From Euglena gracilis (lineage: Eukaryota): DNA of 64,000 bases. Made by a program: the position numbers and the translations under genes. The stretch covers positions 45,053,847 to 45,117,846 of the forward strand of contig CP154954.1 of the NCBI GenBank assembly GCA_039621445.1, written 5' to 3'. Numbering within the stretch: the first letter of the stretch is position 1; each line of letters starts with the position of its first letter. Under the pieces are notes generated by a model that was not told the origin of the DNA, did not search any database, and was given only the letters and a program-made list of their open reading frames with translations. Below are positions 44,994 through 57,213 of the stretch, in pieces.

Positions 44994-45422
44994 CAGGGCG
45001 TAAGAAAATTGCGAAGAAAATTTGACCCCGGGGGGGGGCCCAGCTAGCCAGCAGTCTTTTTACAGCCCGGGACCCCCCTCCCCCCCATTCAAGAGTTTTA
45101 TTTATTTTTTTCCAGCCGCCTGAAGGGCACCCGGACAGTGATGGATTTTTCGCTTTTCGGGGGTGCAAAATGACAAAATGGGTCGGGTTGGGCTGCGCAG
45201 CTCAAATTTTGGGTCAAAAACTCTGTGTTTTTTTTGCATAATTGGCAGTTTTTTGGGCATTTTGCAGTTTCGATTCTTTGGTAAGCGGTCGATCACCAGT
45301 CGGGCCCAGCTCCAGCCCTGGGAGGGGGGGGGTCAGCCAGCACCTTTTTCCCATCCAGCCCAAAATTTTTAGCCTTTCTGCTGGTGACACCCCCCCCGGG
45401 GGAGTCACTAAGCAACGCCCTG
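44994..45422. mobile_element. hAT-like MITE family B
   Basis: CAGGGCG...CGCCCTG; flanks ACATGAAG/ATCTGAAG. Confidence 0.7.
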
Positions 45423-45925
45423 ATCTGAAGAGAACCCCAATTTTAACGAGCGATCCAATTTGTATGATGTATGGTCTATTATAGGTCAAGTTGCATGAAG
45501 ACTGCATATTGAATCATCATGAAACGGATCCTGAGATTAAAGATAGCAATCAACCCACTGCCCAACAGCAGCCAAGAAATGAAAAGCAGATAAAATTATA
45601 TGCACAATAGTTACCTTTTTGTCACCCCCAGTTTCAGATTCCTGGATCACAAAAAGAAATTTACCATTAACGCTGGATCATCTCAAGCTTCGAGTGCCCT
45701 AAAAGCGCCAGAAAAGGAATACTGCATGTTTTGACAACAGAATCAGGTGTGGAGAACCATCCAAGAGCTCAGAAACAACAGCTTCGTTCGGTGCCAGAGA
45801 TCCATCCCCACGACAGATGAGTGAGCAACCCATGGGATGCACAGAACTCAAACGGCCAGGAGCGTTGTGAACAGTTTTATGGAAAGCAAGCAAACAATTG
45901 CAAATTTGGGAAGTTCACATGCGAG

Positions 45926-46433
45926 CAGGGTGGGGGGGATGCAATTTGCATAATTTGCATTTTTTTTTGCATAATCAGGTTTTTCCGGAATTTGCATTTT
46001 TTTGCATTTTTTTGCATTTTTTTCGCATAAAATATTTTTCCCTGGAAAAAATTTTTGTAGTTGGTCGCCATATGTTTGCATTTTTTTTGCATTTTCTTTG
46101 CATTTTTTGCTTAAAATATTTTGTCCTGGAAAACTTTTTTGCAGTTGGTCGCCATATGTCATGTTTTGTCTCTGGTCCCTCTGCAGTTTCCTGGGGTTTT
46201 GGGGGTCTCAGTGCTTGCTGTTGTCTTCCAGGAGGTCTTCTTTGTGAATCATTGACAGGTGTACACCGGCATTGTCACATGTCTATGGATTATAGGCAGC
46301 AACTCTGTTATATTCCAGCCTTTTCTCAGGATTTTCTCAGGTTTTTTTTTTTGCAAGTTGCATTTTTTTGCATTTTTTGCATTTTTTTTTATTTGCATAA
46401 TTTGAAGGGCCAAGTTGTATTTCCCCCCCCCTG
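45926..46433. mobile_element. CAG...CTG element absent from the duplicate copy
   Basis: CAGGGTGGGG...CCCCCCTG flanked by (A/G)TGCGAG; empty site CGTGCGGG at 54021-54028. Confidence 0.8.
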
Positions 46434-47090
46434 GTGCGAGTCACTGGGCGAAGGGAGTCCCCCACCCAGGATGTGTAGAGGGAGGCCGACCGCCCAAGAC
46501 AAGGCCACATTGGGGATTGGGCCTCGACCCCTGACAAAGGGTGGGCACACCCACCCCGGCCCTCGGCGGCGGTTGCATTGCATTTGCCTCGGGTGGGTGG
46601 ATGAGATGAGACCCCCGTCTGGACCCCCATCAGCTGCTCCACGAGCTGGGTCCAGTACGTTAACGCGAGGCGCAACCTCTGAACATAAAATCCAACTTGA
46701 AGAGCGGCAAGGCGGTATGGAAAATTTGGCATTGTGTTCTTGAAGAGGTGCTTGACGAGTTTGCAAATGAGTGAAAGCGATGGGGAGCAGCCGGGGAAAG
46801 CATTACTGAGATGAAAACGTCTGCGACACCTTGAATCAAGTTGGAACCGGGGTGGGTTCACTGCTTGTTGAGGGTAGAGGTAAGAAATAGAGTGTAGAGG
46901 CAACACTGTGGAGGATTCTGGGTGGAAGAAATAAGTTTGTTTATCTCTCCCATTAACCCAAAACCCAAAATTTAAAAAAAAAATGCAGATTGAGATATTT
47001 TTGATCAAAGTTCTGCAAATGACATCTTTTCAGGTCCAAAAAAACTAAATCTCCTATTGAGGAGAATAGAATAAGTCCAAAAAATAAGTA

Positions 47091-47570
47091 CCCGCCCCCC
47101 CCCCCCCCCCGGGCAATTGACGCCCCCGGGCAATTGACGCCCCCGGGCAATTGTCACCCCTGGCTGTGCTGGCCAATTTGTCACCCCGGGAAATTGTCAC
47201 CCCCGTCCGTGCTGCCCAATTTGTCACCCCCCCCCACAGAAGGTGTTTGTGAACTTTCTTTTCGCCGACACGACTCGATTGATCCTCTATTTCGCTACAA
47301 CGTGCTGAGAAATGTCACATACCAAATGCTCTGCACAATATCACGCCATAGCTGCATTTTTGCGTGTTCACTGGTGTTTCAAATGGTGTGTTTTTGGTCA
47401 TTTGAATTTAACGTAGCCCACATGGGTGGGCAATTGACGCCCCCGGGCAAATGACGCCCCCGGGCAATTGTCACCCCCCTCTGTGCCGGCCAAATTGTCA
47501 CCCCGGGAGATTGTCACCCCCCTCCGTGCTGCCCGATTTGTCACGCAACAATTGCCCGGGGGGGGGCGGG
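47091..47570. mobile_element. TA-flanked MITE with AATTGTCACCCC internal repeats
   Basis: TA-CCCGCCCC(n)GGGCAATTG ... CAATTGCCCGGGG(n)CGGG-TA. Confidence 0.8.
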
Positions 47571-48707
47571 TAATAATACGAAGTAATAAAGGAACAGAGG
47601 ACACATCAGCGAGAATTTCAGGGGTTAGGGTTAGGGTCAGGGTCAGGGATACGTCAGGGTTACGGAGCTGGGGAAATCCCTGTTTGAAGTTAGGGTAAAG
47701 GTTACCCTTCCTCCGGGAAGTGATGAAGTTGTGGCTGTGGAGGAGGCCAGTCGACCGACTGCCACCGCCGCCCTGCCCGCCCGATGACAGCCCGGCCGAG
47801 CGGTGCAGGTTCGGGGTTGCACCTGCAATGGGGCAAGCCACCCCCTGCCCCTGGGGTGGTACCGGGTAAGAGGAAGAAGGAGCACGTCCCTATGCGTGAA
47901 GTCGGGGGAAGCTTTCCAATGCGGCCAGTCGGGGGAAGAAGCCCTCCTGGTAGGAAGACACAAATCTCAGATGTTCTAAAATACAGAAAAATGTCTGAAA
48001 AATGCCATATGTGTGTCCGCTCCATGAGGTTGTCGCCTTCCCGCCGAGGAAGTTGTCTCCTTGCTCATTGGTTTGTTGCTGAGAAGTTTTCATTGAGGTT
48101 CGTTTTTGCTGTTGTGTCAGGTAACAACTTCCAGAAGGTTAAGATCCACAGGGATATTCCTGTCAACAAATTTGCTGAAATCTTTTCCATGGTAATAACG
48201 CTGACAATAAAGGACCGCCAATCGAAGAATGCAGCACTGCTGCCTGTCGGACTGGACCAATGGCTCTTCTTGAAATGAGCCTTGTGGGGTGCTTCTAAAA
48301 AAAGGTGTTTTTTAAATGTCAAAGAGGTTGTTTTTCAAAGTTTTATTTCGGTGCAAGGAGCACAAACGGATGGGAGTATTGAAATTGTTCTTTGCACTGG
48401 CACAGGGTGCCGTTTCAGGAAATGATTTTCCACCTAATTTTGTGCTCTCAAATCTTGTCATGGTTGTCATGGTTGTCTAGATAGATATAAATATAAATAC
48501 AAACATAAGGATGATTATAAACAGCATTCTAATTATAAATGCAAAATACAAATGTAAATGTAAATATAAAGATAAATATAAATATGAATGCAAATATAAT
48601 TGGAAAGGTCAATATTAATGTAAATACAATTCATTTGCATGTGAATATTTATATAAGCATGAATATGAATACAATCATAAACCTGAATATGAACATGAAT
48701 TTAATAC

Positions 48708-50962
48708 CTCCCCCTGAATAGAAGCCACCCCCCCCTGAATGGTCCCCCCCCCCAATAGGAGGCCGCTCCCCATGGATTGTCTGTCAATTTGGCATTACCC
48801 TACCCTATTTGACAAACCAGGTGATCACAGGCATAGATAGAGGAATACCCAGTATCCTGATCTCGGTATATACACTGTCCTCCCATCTTTCTTTAGGTGC
48901 CAATAACAATGTGACTTAGTGACTTAGACTATCATCTGGCACGAAACTTGGTACAATCCGTAATGAACCCAACTGCCTGGGTGATCACAGTCGCTACCCA
49001 CACGGGCGGCGGCTTCATATGAAGCGTATTCCCGCTGCCTCCAGTAAAAGCAAAAAGTCGGCTGTCACTGGAAGGGAACCACAGGCCGTATGTGGAGGGG
49101 GTGGGCAGTCCCCGCCGCCTGCGGCCTTTGCTGGCCATAACCAGCGGCAGCCCACAGAGGAAGTTCAGTTAAAACACCTGAATGCGTGTGGTTCGGGCTT
49201 TGTAGTATTTTGTGGTCACAACACTCGGTATGAACAAACACCATCACGATTGAAGTTGTAGGTGAAGCGGTTTTCCGCTTCATTGTATTCCGTTTGACAT
49301 ATAACACTGTGTTCCATCATGATTTTGGCAATAAAAACTCCGCTAAGGTCATGGTTGCTGAGGACTTCTGATGGACTCGATGAACTCAGCGCAAGTGTCA
49401 TACCAAAGGCGGAGATACGTGCACGACGAGATGCGGTGGACCAATCTTGTCTTCGGTCCACCACTGTTTCCTCATTCCTACAGTTAGGTCATATCAATAC
49501 GATTGTTGTTCTGTTCATGGTACATGCCACCGGTAAACAGTTATGTACCTCGTGAGTGACATTAAGCATTTTGGACACCTTATTAAAATGAAGCGGAAAA
49601 CCGCCTCCTGTTCATTCTGCCATTGTATTTTGGCAGGTCTCGTAAGCATTAGAATGTGATGTGCGATGTTGTTAACCGTTTAACGTTTGACTGAACCACA
49701 ACATGCAATATGCAAGGTTCATTGTACAGTACGTAACGTTTATGTATTGTGAAGAATGGGGAGCCTGGACTGTATGATCGCCTGCCTGGTCCAGCAAAAG
49801 CCGTAACCGAACCCCTGGCGGGTACGGGGAGGTGAATTGGACCCGGTCCAGCCTCTCCCCTTTTTGGCAAACTTTGTCAAGTATGCAAAGTAAGCGGAAA
49901 ACCGCTTGGTTCACTTTCGTCACATGCTTTTTGTGGACCTACGCATTTGTCCAGCGTACTACTTAACCGCCAAACTGCCATGTGCACCACAAACCCCAAA
50001 TGTTAGTTCTACGTTCAATCTAGGCATAAAATCATTTTGTCTCCGGCAGTACAAGGCGGGGAGCCACGGGGCTGCGGGTGCCTGCTTCTGCCGCTTGCGG
50101 CCCCGGCAGCCCACAGCAACAACCGGCACCGACGGTGGCCAACGTGTCAGGTGTCAGGTAAAGCTGATCATGAAGACAGATCGTGGTCTCCTCTTTTTCA
50201 TTCTCTAAAGCATAAACTGTATGTCTGTTTATGTTAGCTTGGATTGTGTTTTGTCTTACGTAATGTCAGGTCTATTTGCATCGATGAAGCGGTATTCCGC
50301 TTCATTATGCATGTGAGCTTATTGTCTTACGTAGATTTCAGTGTTGGGTCTACGCATTTGCACATATATACCCGCATTATGTACACGTCCGTAACCAAGA
50401 CAGTTGTTGTAGTTTGTTGGTTGTTCATAAGTGCATATCTTCAGCTACATTTTGCTGTTGGTATTTCTTTGTTTTTTTTCGCAAAATAAATTGTAAAAAT
50501 TATGCAAGCGGTTTTCCGCTTCATCTGTTTTTTTATCACAAACGTTTAAAAAAATTGGACGCCGAGTACAACTCGAAAATTTTGGCTGTTTTTTGAGATG
50601 AATTTTTGCGCATTCTAGGTTACACGCCAGTCAAATTTTTCATTGGGCAATTTACGCCGCCTAAGTTTAGACGCCAAGTGCTTTGGCTTCTTCAGCCATT
50701 GGTCAAATGACGGTTGGGTGAGTTTACGTTTAATGATCCAATGCATCCACAAGAGTGTACCCCCCCCTGAATAGAAGCTCCCGGGGACTACTATTCGGAA
50801 CGTTGGTTGTAGACCCACAAAGAAATTTCTTCGATAATGCTCGGACCCCCTGGTTTTCGACCAAATTCCGAATAGTGACCCCACCCCCCGAACAAGAGCC
50901 CCCTTTCGGTTTTCAACCAACGTTCCGAATAGTAGCCCCCGGGGGCTTCTATTCAGGGGGTC
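48708..50962. mobile_element. TIR element (CCCCTGAATAGAAGC termini) carrying a ~1.87-kb insert
   Basis: Both ends match the shorter inverted copy at ~58687-59226, which lacks ~48791-50660. Confidence 0.65.
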
Positions 50963-52630
50963 AATGAATATGAATATGAATATGAACATGAACATGAATA
51001 TCATACAAGTACATATGTATATATAAGCATAAATATAAAATATAAACATAAATATCAGTACAAATACAAATGTAATATGAGTGCAAATGATGAATTATGA
51101 TTACAATGCAATTATATGATAAATGAGTAATGTCTGTTGTGCAATAATAATATATAAATGCACATATCATATGCACATAAAAAATGTTTGTTTTTATCGT
51201 TTACATAGGGTATCGAATGTTAAAAAGGGGCTATTTTCAATAAAACAAATATTTTTGTCCGCAATGTTCCGAATATCAATTTCAGTTTTTCTATGCGAAT
51301 TTCATCAATAAATCTGTTTTAGTTAAAAAAATAAGGATCAGAAAACAAACTAAAATTCAAGCAGAAACAAAATACTCATTCATTCAATTGGTCCAATTTA
51401 AGTGCCAGCCATTTTTTATTCGCCAGGAGCCCAATAATAAGAAGAGGGGAGTGGTGTATGGCACACCCGTGGTTCCAAAGGTTGTCTGGGACCAAGTCGT
51501 AGGTGAAGCGGTTTTCCGCTTCATTTTATTTAGTGTGAAATATAAAACTCTTAGGTGGCCTAACTCGCACTTAAGGTTTTGATTTTTAGCTTGCGCTTTG
51601 GCGCAAATTTTCGATTTCTTTGAGACCCGGCGGTAGAACCCACCCTTTTGACCCTCTGGTTCCGTGGAGACCTTCCACGGTGGCGTGTGCATCATTTACC
51701 GATGTTGGGACCTGGGGAACAGGCCCAATTTTGGTGTTTTTCAGCCTGTGCACCATTTTGAAAAAGGTGCAAAACCCTGGGTTTGACCGCCAGGACACAC
51801 GAATTTCCCCAAAAATGGGGCCAAAACCCCCGTTGTGAGTCCCTCGTTTTTGAAGCTTTGACAGCTATGTAGGCATGTCCCTTGCGCTTCGGCGCAATGC
51901 ATTTCCTCACCAAGCCCGCACACTGGCCATTCAGAGAGGGGCCCCCGACACACCGTAACACAACAGAGGGACTCCCATAAGCTTAGGGGCTTCTGTTTTA
52001 ACTTGCGCTTAAGAGCAAGTTAAAAATTTGCGCTTAAGCGCAAATGTCCATAACCATTGCCTTTTGTGCCCGGCAGTGGGCCTGGCGTTGCTCACCAGAC
52101 ATTGGGACAGGTCCCTGGGCTTGCCCTCAGTCCCCCCAAACCCCCCCTACCTGAGTGGTACCCGCTGTACCGCTCCTCACGCTTCAAGCACCCAGGGATC
52201 ACAACTCTGTGACATGCCGTTTTTTCAAACTTTTCACAGCGCGTGTGTAGAGTCCACCCTCTGGATGCCTCAACAGGCAACCCTTCAGGCACACATCGCA
52301 GAGCCCAAAAAAAAGCAACAAAAAGGGCCCGTGATTTTTTTGTCGTTTTCATGAAGGCCAGCAGGTCACTTCAGCAACAGTCATGGAACTGATTTCGTCT
52401 CGTTTTTGACACAGTTTTAGGCTTAGATTTGGTCGTAAGTACGTTACACAAAATTGTAATCAAATTATTGACCCTTTGTCAAACGCTGCAATCTGACTCA
52501 AACCATCTCACATGAACGCTGTGGATATCATAAACGTCAGAACAATCCCAGAGGAAACATCAAGGTATAAAGCAGGATGTTTGAAGATTGCTCAAGGAAA
52601 TTTGTTACCCCTGGGGGGGTCCAGCCGGCC

Positions 52631-53158
52631 CAGGGATGGATGGGAAGCCCTTCGGTATTGAGGTAGGTGGTGGGGGGGGTCCCGACCCCCCCCCCCCTGG
52701 GGGGGTTAGATGGTAGGGGGGGTCCGGACCACCCCCCCCCCTAGATGTTGGGAGGGGGGTCCGGACCCCCCACCCCCCCTCCTTGACAGGTGCCAAAAAT
52801 AGCAGAAAATTTTTTTCCGGCGCTGCGCCCCGGAAAATGAGCAAAAAAAACACCCTTTTTGCTGGCTTTTGGCCATATTGACCATTTTTTGATGTGTTGG
52901 TGTTTTCCCCCAAAAACATGTTCAAAAAATTTCAAAAACTGAGCACTTTTGGATCGATTTTCAAAGAAAAATCAGGGGTTTTTTTACCGATTCCGACCCG
53001 ATTTCCGGCCCTTTGCCCGTCCATGGAATCGAAAAAATTTCGGCCCCCCCCCCTCAGTTTCGAGGTAGGAGGGGGGGGTCCGCCCCACCCCCCCCCCTGC
53101 GTGTCGGGAGGGGGGTCCGACCCACCCCCCCCCCCTCAAGGCTTCCCATCCATCCCTG
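52631..53158. mobile_element. hAT-like MITE family A nested in a family B copy
   Basis: Perfect 19-bp TIR CAGGGATGGATGGGAAGCC; TSD AGCCGGCC/AGCCAGCC; empty site AGCTAGCC at 45042-45049. Confidence 0.9.
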
Positions 53159-54883
53159 AGCCAGCCTGCAGCCTTTTTCCAGCTCGGGACCCCCCTCCCC
53201 ACCCCATTAATAAGTTTTATTTATTTCCAGCCGCCCGAAGGGCATCCTCGTGGTGACGGATTTTGCTTTTGCAAAAAAAAAAAAATGGGCAAAAAATGGG
53301 CAAAAATGGATCGGGTTTGAGTTATCCAGTTCAAATTTTGGGTCAAAAAAATCGATTTTTTGTCTAACTGGCAGTTTTTTGGGCATTTTGCAGTTTCGAT
53401 TTTTTGGTAATCAGTTCCAGCCTTGGGACCTCTATGGGGGGAGGGGGGTCAGCCAGCACCTTTTTTCCACCAGCTCGAAATTTTTAGCCTTTGTGCTGGT
53501 GGCACCCCCCCGGGGGGAGTCACTGATCTGAAGGGAACTCTGATTTTAACAAGCGATCCAATTTGTATGATGTATGGTCTACTATGGGTCAAGTTGCATG
53601 AAGACTGCATATTGAATCATCATGAAACGGATCCTGAGAATAAAGATATCAATCAACCCACTGCCCAACAGCAGCCAAGAAATGAAGAGCAGATAAAATT
53701 ATATGCACAATAGTTACCTTTTTGTCACCCCCAGTTTCAGATTCCTGGATCACAAAAAGAAATTTACCATTAACGCTGGATCATCTCAAGCTTCGAGTGC
53801 CCTAAAAGCGCCAGAAAAGGAATACTGCATGTTTTGACAACAGAATCAGGTGTGGAGAACCATCCAAGAGCTCAGAAACAACAGCTTCGTTCGGTGCCAG
53901 AGATCCATCCCCACGACAGATGAGTGAGCAACCCATGGGATGCACAGAACTCAAACGGCCAGGAGCGTTGTGAACAGTTTTATGGAAAGCAAGCAAACAA
54001 TTGCAAATTTGGGAAGTCCACGTGCGGGTCACTGGGCGAAGGGAGTCCCCCACCCAGGATGTGTAGAGGGAGGCCAACCGCCCAAGACAAGGCCACATTG
54101 GGGATTGGGCCTCCACCCCTGACAAAGGGTGGGCACACCCACCCCGGCCCTCGGCGGCGGTTGCATTGCATTGCCTCGGGTGGGTGGATGAGATGAGACC
54201 CCCGTCTGGACCCCCATCAGCTGCTCCACGAGCTGGGTCCAGTACGTTAACGCGAGGCGCCACCTCTGAACATAAAATCCAACTTGAAGAGCAACAAGGC
54301 GATATGAGAAAGTTGGTATTGTATTCTTGAAATGGAGGTGCTGAAGGCTGATGAGTTTGCAACACCCCACAGGGGATGAAAACGGGGCAAATAGCAGAAA
54401 AGTGGTTCGAAATCGCCAAAAATTGTGGCAAAATTGTGGATATCATTCTCCCCACTCAACCCAGTTGGAATGTATCGTAAAATATATACATTTATACCCG
54501 CCCTCGTGAAATTAATGCCTGACAAGTCAGCCAGTACAGAGATAGGTGACAGGTCCCTAATTAGACAGCTTGTCGAGAGTATAGGTATGAAACAATTCTC
54601 CATTTAGTATGTATCACCCAAAAGATTTTTTACGTATCATACGTATCACAGCCTAAAAATTAATGCATCACACATCTATCACCAAAATATTTTTAATGTA
54701 TCACATATGTATCACCAATTTTTTAGAAATTTTCACATTTTTTCATTGGCAGACAGGTCAGCGCCACGGAAGTGGGGCAGGAGCAGCCATGGGAACCTGA
54801 GTTCCTCAAGCCCGGGTGAGCGCCATCATATGTTCGTCTGGAAATTTTTCATCTTACAAATTTGTGCTTCACAACTATTTTTA

Positions 54884-55161
54884 CCGGGGGGGGATTGGAG
54901 GCCGAAAAAATTGATTGGAAAAAAATTGGCGTACAGAAATCCTGCCAATTTTTTCCGGCTCTTTTTTGAAAATCCTGCCAATTTTTCCCCATTTCCCCCC
55001 AATTTTTTGGTTGCCATGGAAGAAATCTTGCCATAACTGGACGTTTTCACATAAATAATCCTGCCAATTTTTTCCGGGCCGTTTTTAGGTTTGGCACCAA
55101 TTTTTTCGGCTTGCAATTTTGTCGGTTCTAATTTTATCTAGCCCCAATTCCCCCCCCCCGG
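54884..55161. mobile_element. TA-flanked MITE, copy 2
   Basis: Homologous to 1669-1925. Confidence 0.75.
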
Positions 55162-56199
55162 TATATGTTTCACCAAGGAAAATTTAAGTATCACGTGTGT
55201 ATCACCATTTTTTATACATATAAAATATATATATATATATATATATAGTATATATATATTTATTTATATATTATATATAAAAAATATATCATATATGTAT
55301 CACCAAAAAATTTTTAATGTATCACATATGTATCACCACCAAAAAAATTAATATATCACAGATGCGTTGTGATACGCACTGAATGGCGGTGGCCTGAGAG
55401 TCTTCCCCACAGCGGCCTCACCAATGATCCCGATGGCGCACAGTTGGCGCATTTCTTTCGCCAACGTTTCCATACGTTCGGACCGGCAGCGTGAGTCTGC
55501 GGTGTCTGAAGTCTGTCTGAGGTGACGGGGATTGTGTCGCCTTTTCCTTAATACAAACGTCCAACCTTGAAACCAGGGTGTCGGGCGATGGCATTGGGGC
55601 GATCCTCGAGAAGTTCTGTGCGGTCAGCCCCCGCCAAAGCTGCGTCACGAAAGGCTGTGAGGTCGTCCCTCACCCCCCGGCTCGGCTGGTCGCCACATTC
55701 GCAAAAGCCCATTCGGGGCGGGTTTCCCGGCCAAGGTCCAGAATGCGATCCAAGGGTCGCAAGGCTTTTTCCTGAAGGAGCAAGGTTCTTTTGATGCCAT
55801 CCTGTGAAGGAGCGGTTCTGATCAGCATTTTCAAGTGCGATTGCCCAGTGAGCCAAGTCCAACCCTTGCCGATAGGCAGCAGCTCCAAGCCTTTGAGGAT
55901 CACGCCAATTATCTAGTCTGGGCTGTGAAACCGCCCCACAGACAGGAATGCCTTATATCCAAGGTTACGCATATTTTTGTACCTGCGGTGCACCAACAGC
56001 TAGTTCGGATCTTAACCTTTGTTTTGGGCATAACCCTAGTTTTGATGCAAACCCTAATTTGATACAAACCCTGATACCCACCGAAACCCTAATTTGAGTT
56101 CTGATCAGATCCAAGTGTGATTGCCCAGTGAGCCTGTGAAAGCAATTGTTTCAGGGCCGTCGTGGCAGAGTTACGATCAGAGGCAGGGTTTTGACCGGT

Positions 56200-56256
56200 T
56201 TTAGGGTTAGGCTGAGAACTAGGGTTAGGTCAGACATTTTCACACATATGTATACA

Positions 56257-56309
<53 letters not shown>

Positions 56310-56402
56310 CCCTAACCCTAACCCTATATATATATATATATACATATAATATATATGTATATATCCCTAACCCTAACCCTATATATATATATATATATAT
56401 AT
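56200..56402. repeat. Interstitial TTAGGG/CCCTAA units mixed with (TA)n and (TACA)n
   Basis: TTAGGGTTAGG at ~56201 and CCCTAACCCTAACCCTA at ~56309 and ~56365. Confidence 0.7.
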
Positions 56403-57213
56403 ATGAATAAGTAATCTCAACTTTCAACAGTCTGCTTGCATAACTCCTCGCACACTCAAAATTCACGCAACAACTGCCTGCGCCTTCTTCACACTGGTGG
56501 CTTTTGTGACTGGAGGATTGTCTTCCAGAGGAACTGGCCCCAGGGCGACCCTGAAGACAGGGAGGGGGGGGTAATCCTCAATGAAAAGCACAAAGTCAGG
56601 GTTACGTGAAAACGCATATGGGGCCCAAGTCCATCGTGTGGTCCTTGTATGACGAGGTCGTCGCTGCACATTTCACATTCAGCGTCTTCTGCTCTTTCAC
56701 ATTCAGCGTCCTCTGCTCTTGTGCTTCTCATTTGTCGATCCAGATGCAACCTTCACGGCTCCATCCTTCCATAGTCATGCAGTTGTCATTGGCATCATGG
56801 CACGCTGCTCCTCTGGGCCCCATTTTCTTTGTGGCAAAGGAATGGGCATGCGTGTTCGGCATGCACGCTCTGCTGAAGACAGTGAGGATGACGGCCCCTC
56901 CTGGGAACCGGGTTGGGTCAATCCGGCCCCATGGAAGGGGGTTCGAAACCTCCCGGGCCGCCTGCTTCCTTCGCGAGGAAGACGGCTTGATGCGTTGTGC
57001 AACGCACACCTCCTCCAATCTTCTCAATAAACGGTGAGCCAATGGCATGCCTCATTCTTCAATTGAGCGACGGGGAAGCGGTCGTTTAGGGCACCACCGC
57101 ACAGTTAACGTTCCACCGCCTCAAGTTGTATGCCTGGGCCCTGGTTTGGTGTGGCTTAGCCCCCCCCCCTCTGGTTCGCCAGACACCCACCACGTCCTCC
57201 CCCCTCCCCCCAG

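Larger units (their letters stand above)
43430..46745. repeat. Segmental duplication, copy 1
   Basis: Collinear blocks recur at ~48363-54330; for example 45420-45920 is nearly identical to 53520-54020. Confidence 0.85.
48363..54330. repeat. Segmental duplication, copy 2, with copy-specific insertions
   Basis: Matches 43430-46745 in the same order and orientation. Confidence 0.8.

Noticed and set aside
49263-51523. CRISPR-like array of palindromic repeats
   Set aside because: Spacers are 200-1000 bp, orientations are mixed, no cas genes are visible and the context is eukaryotic.
55400-57050. Coding-like minus-strand segments
   Set aside because: No motif could be assigned; left unannotated.
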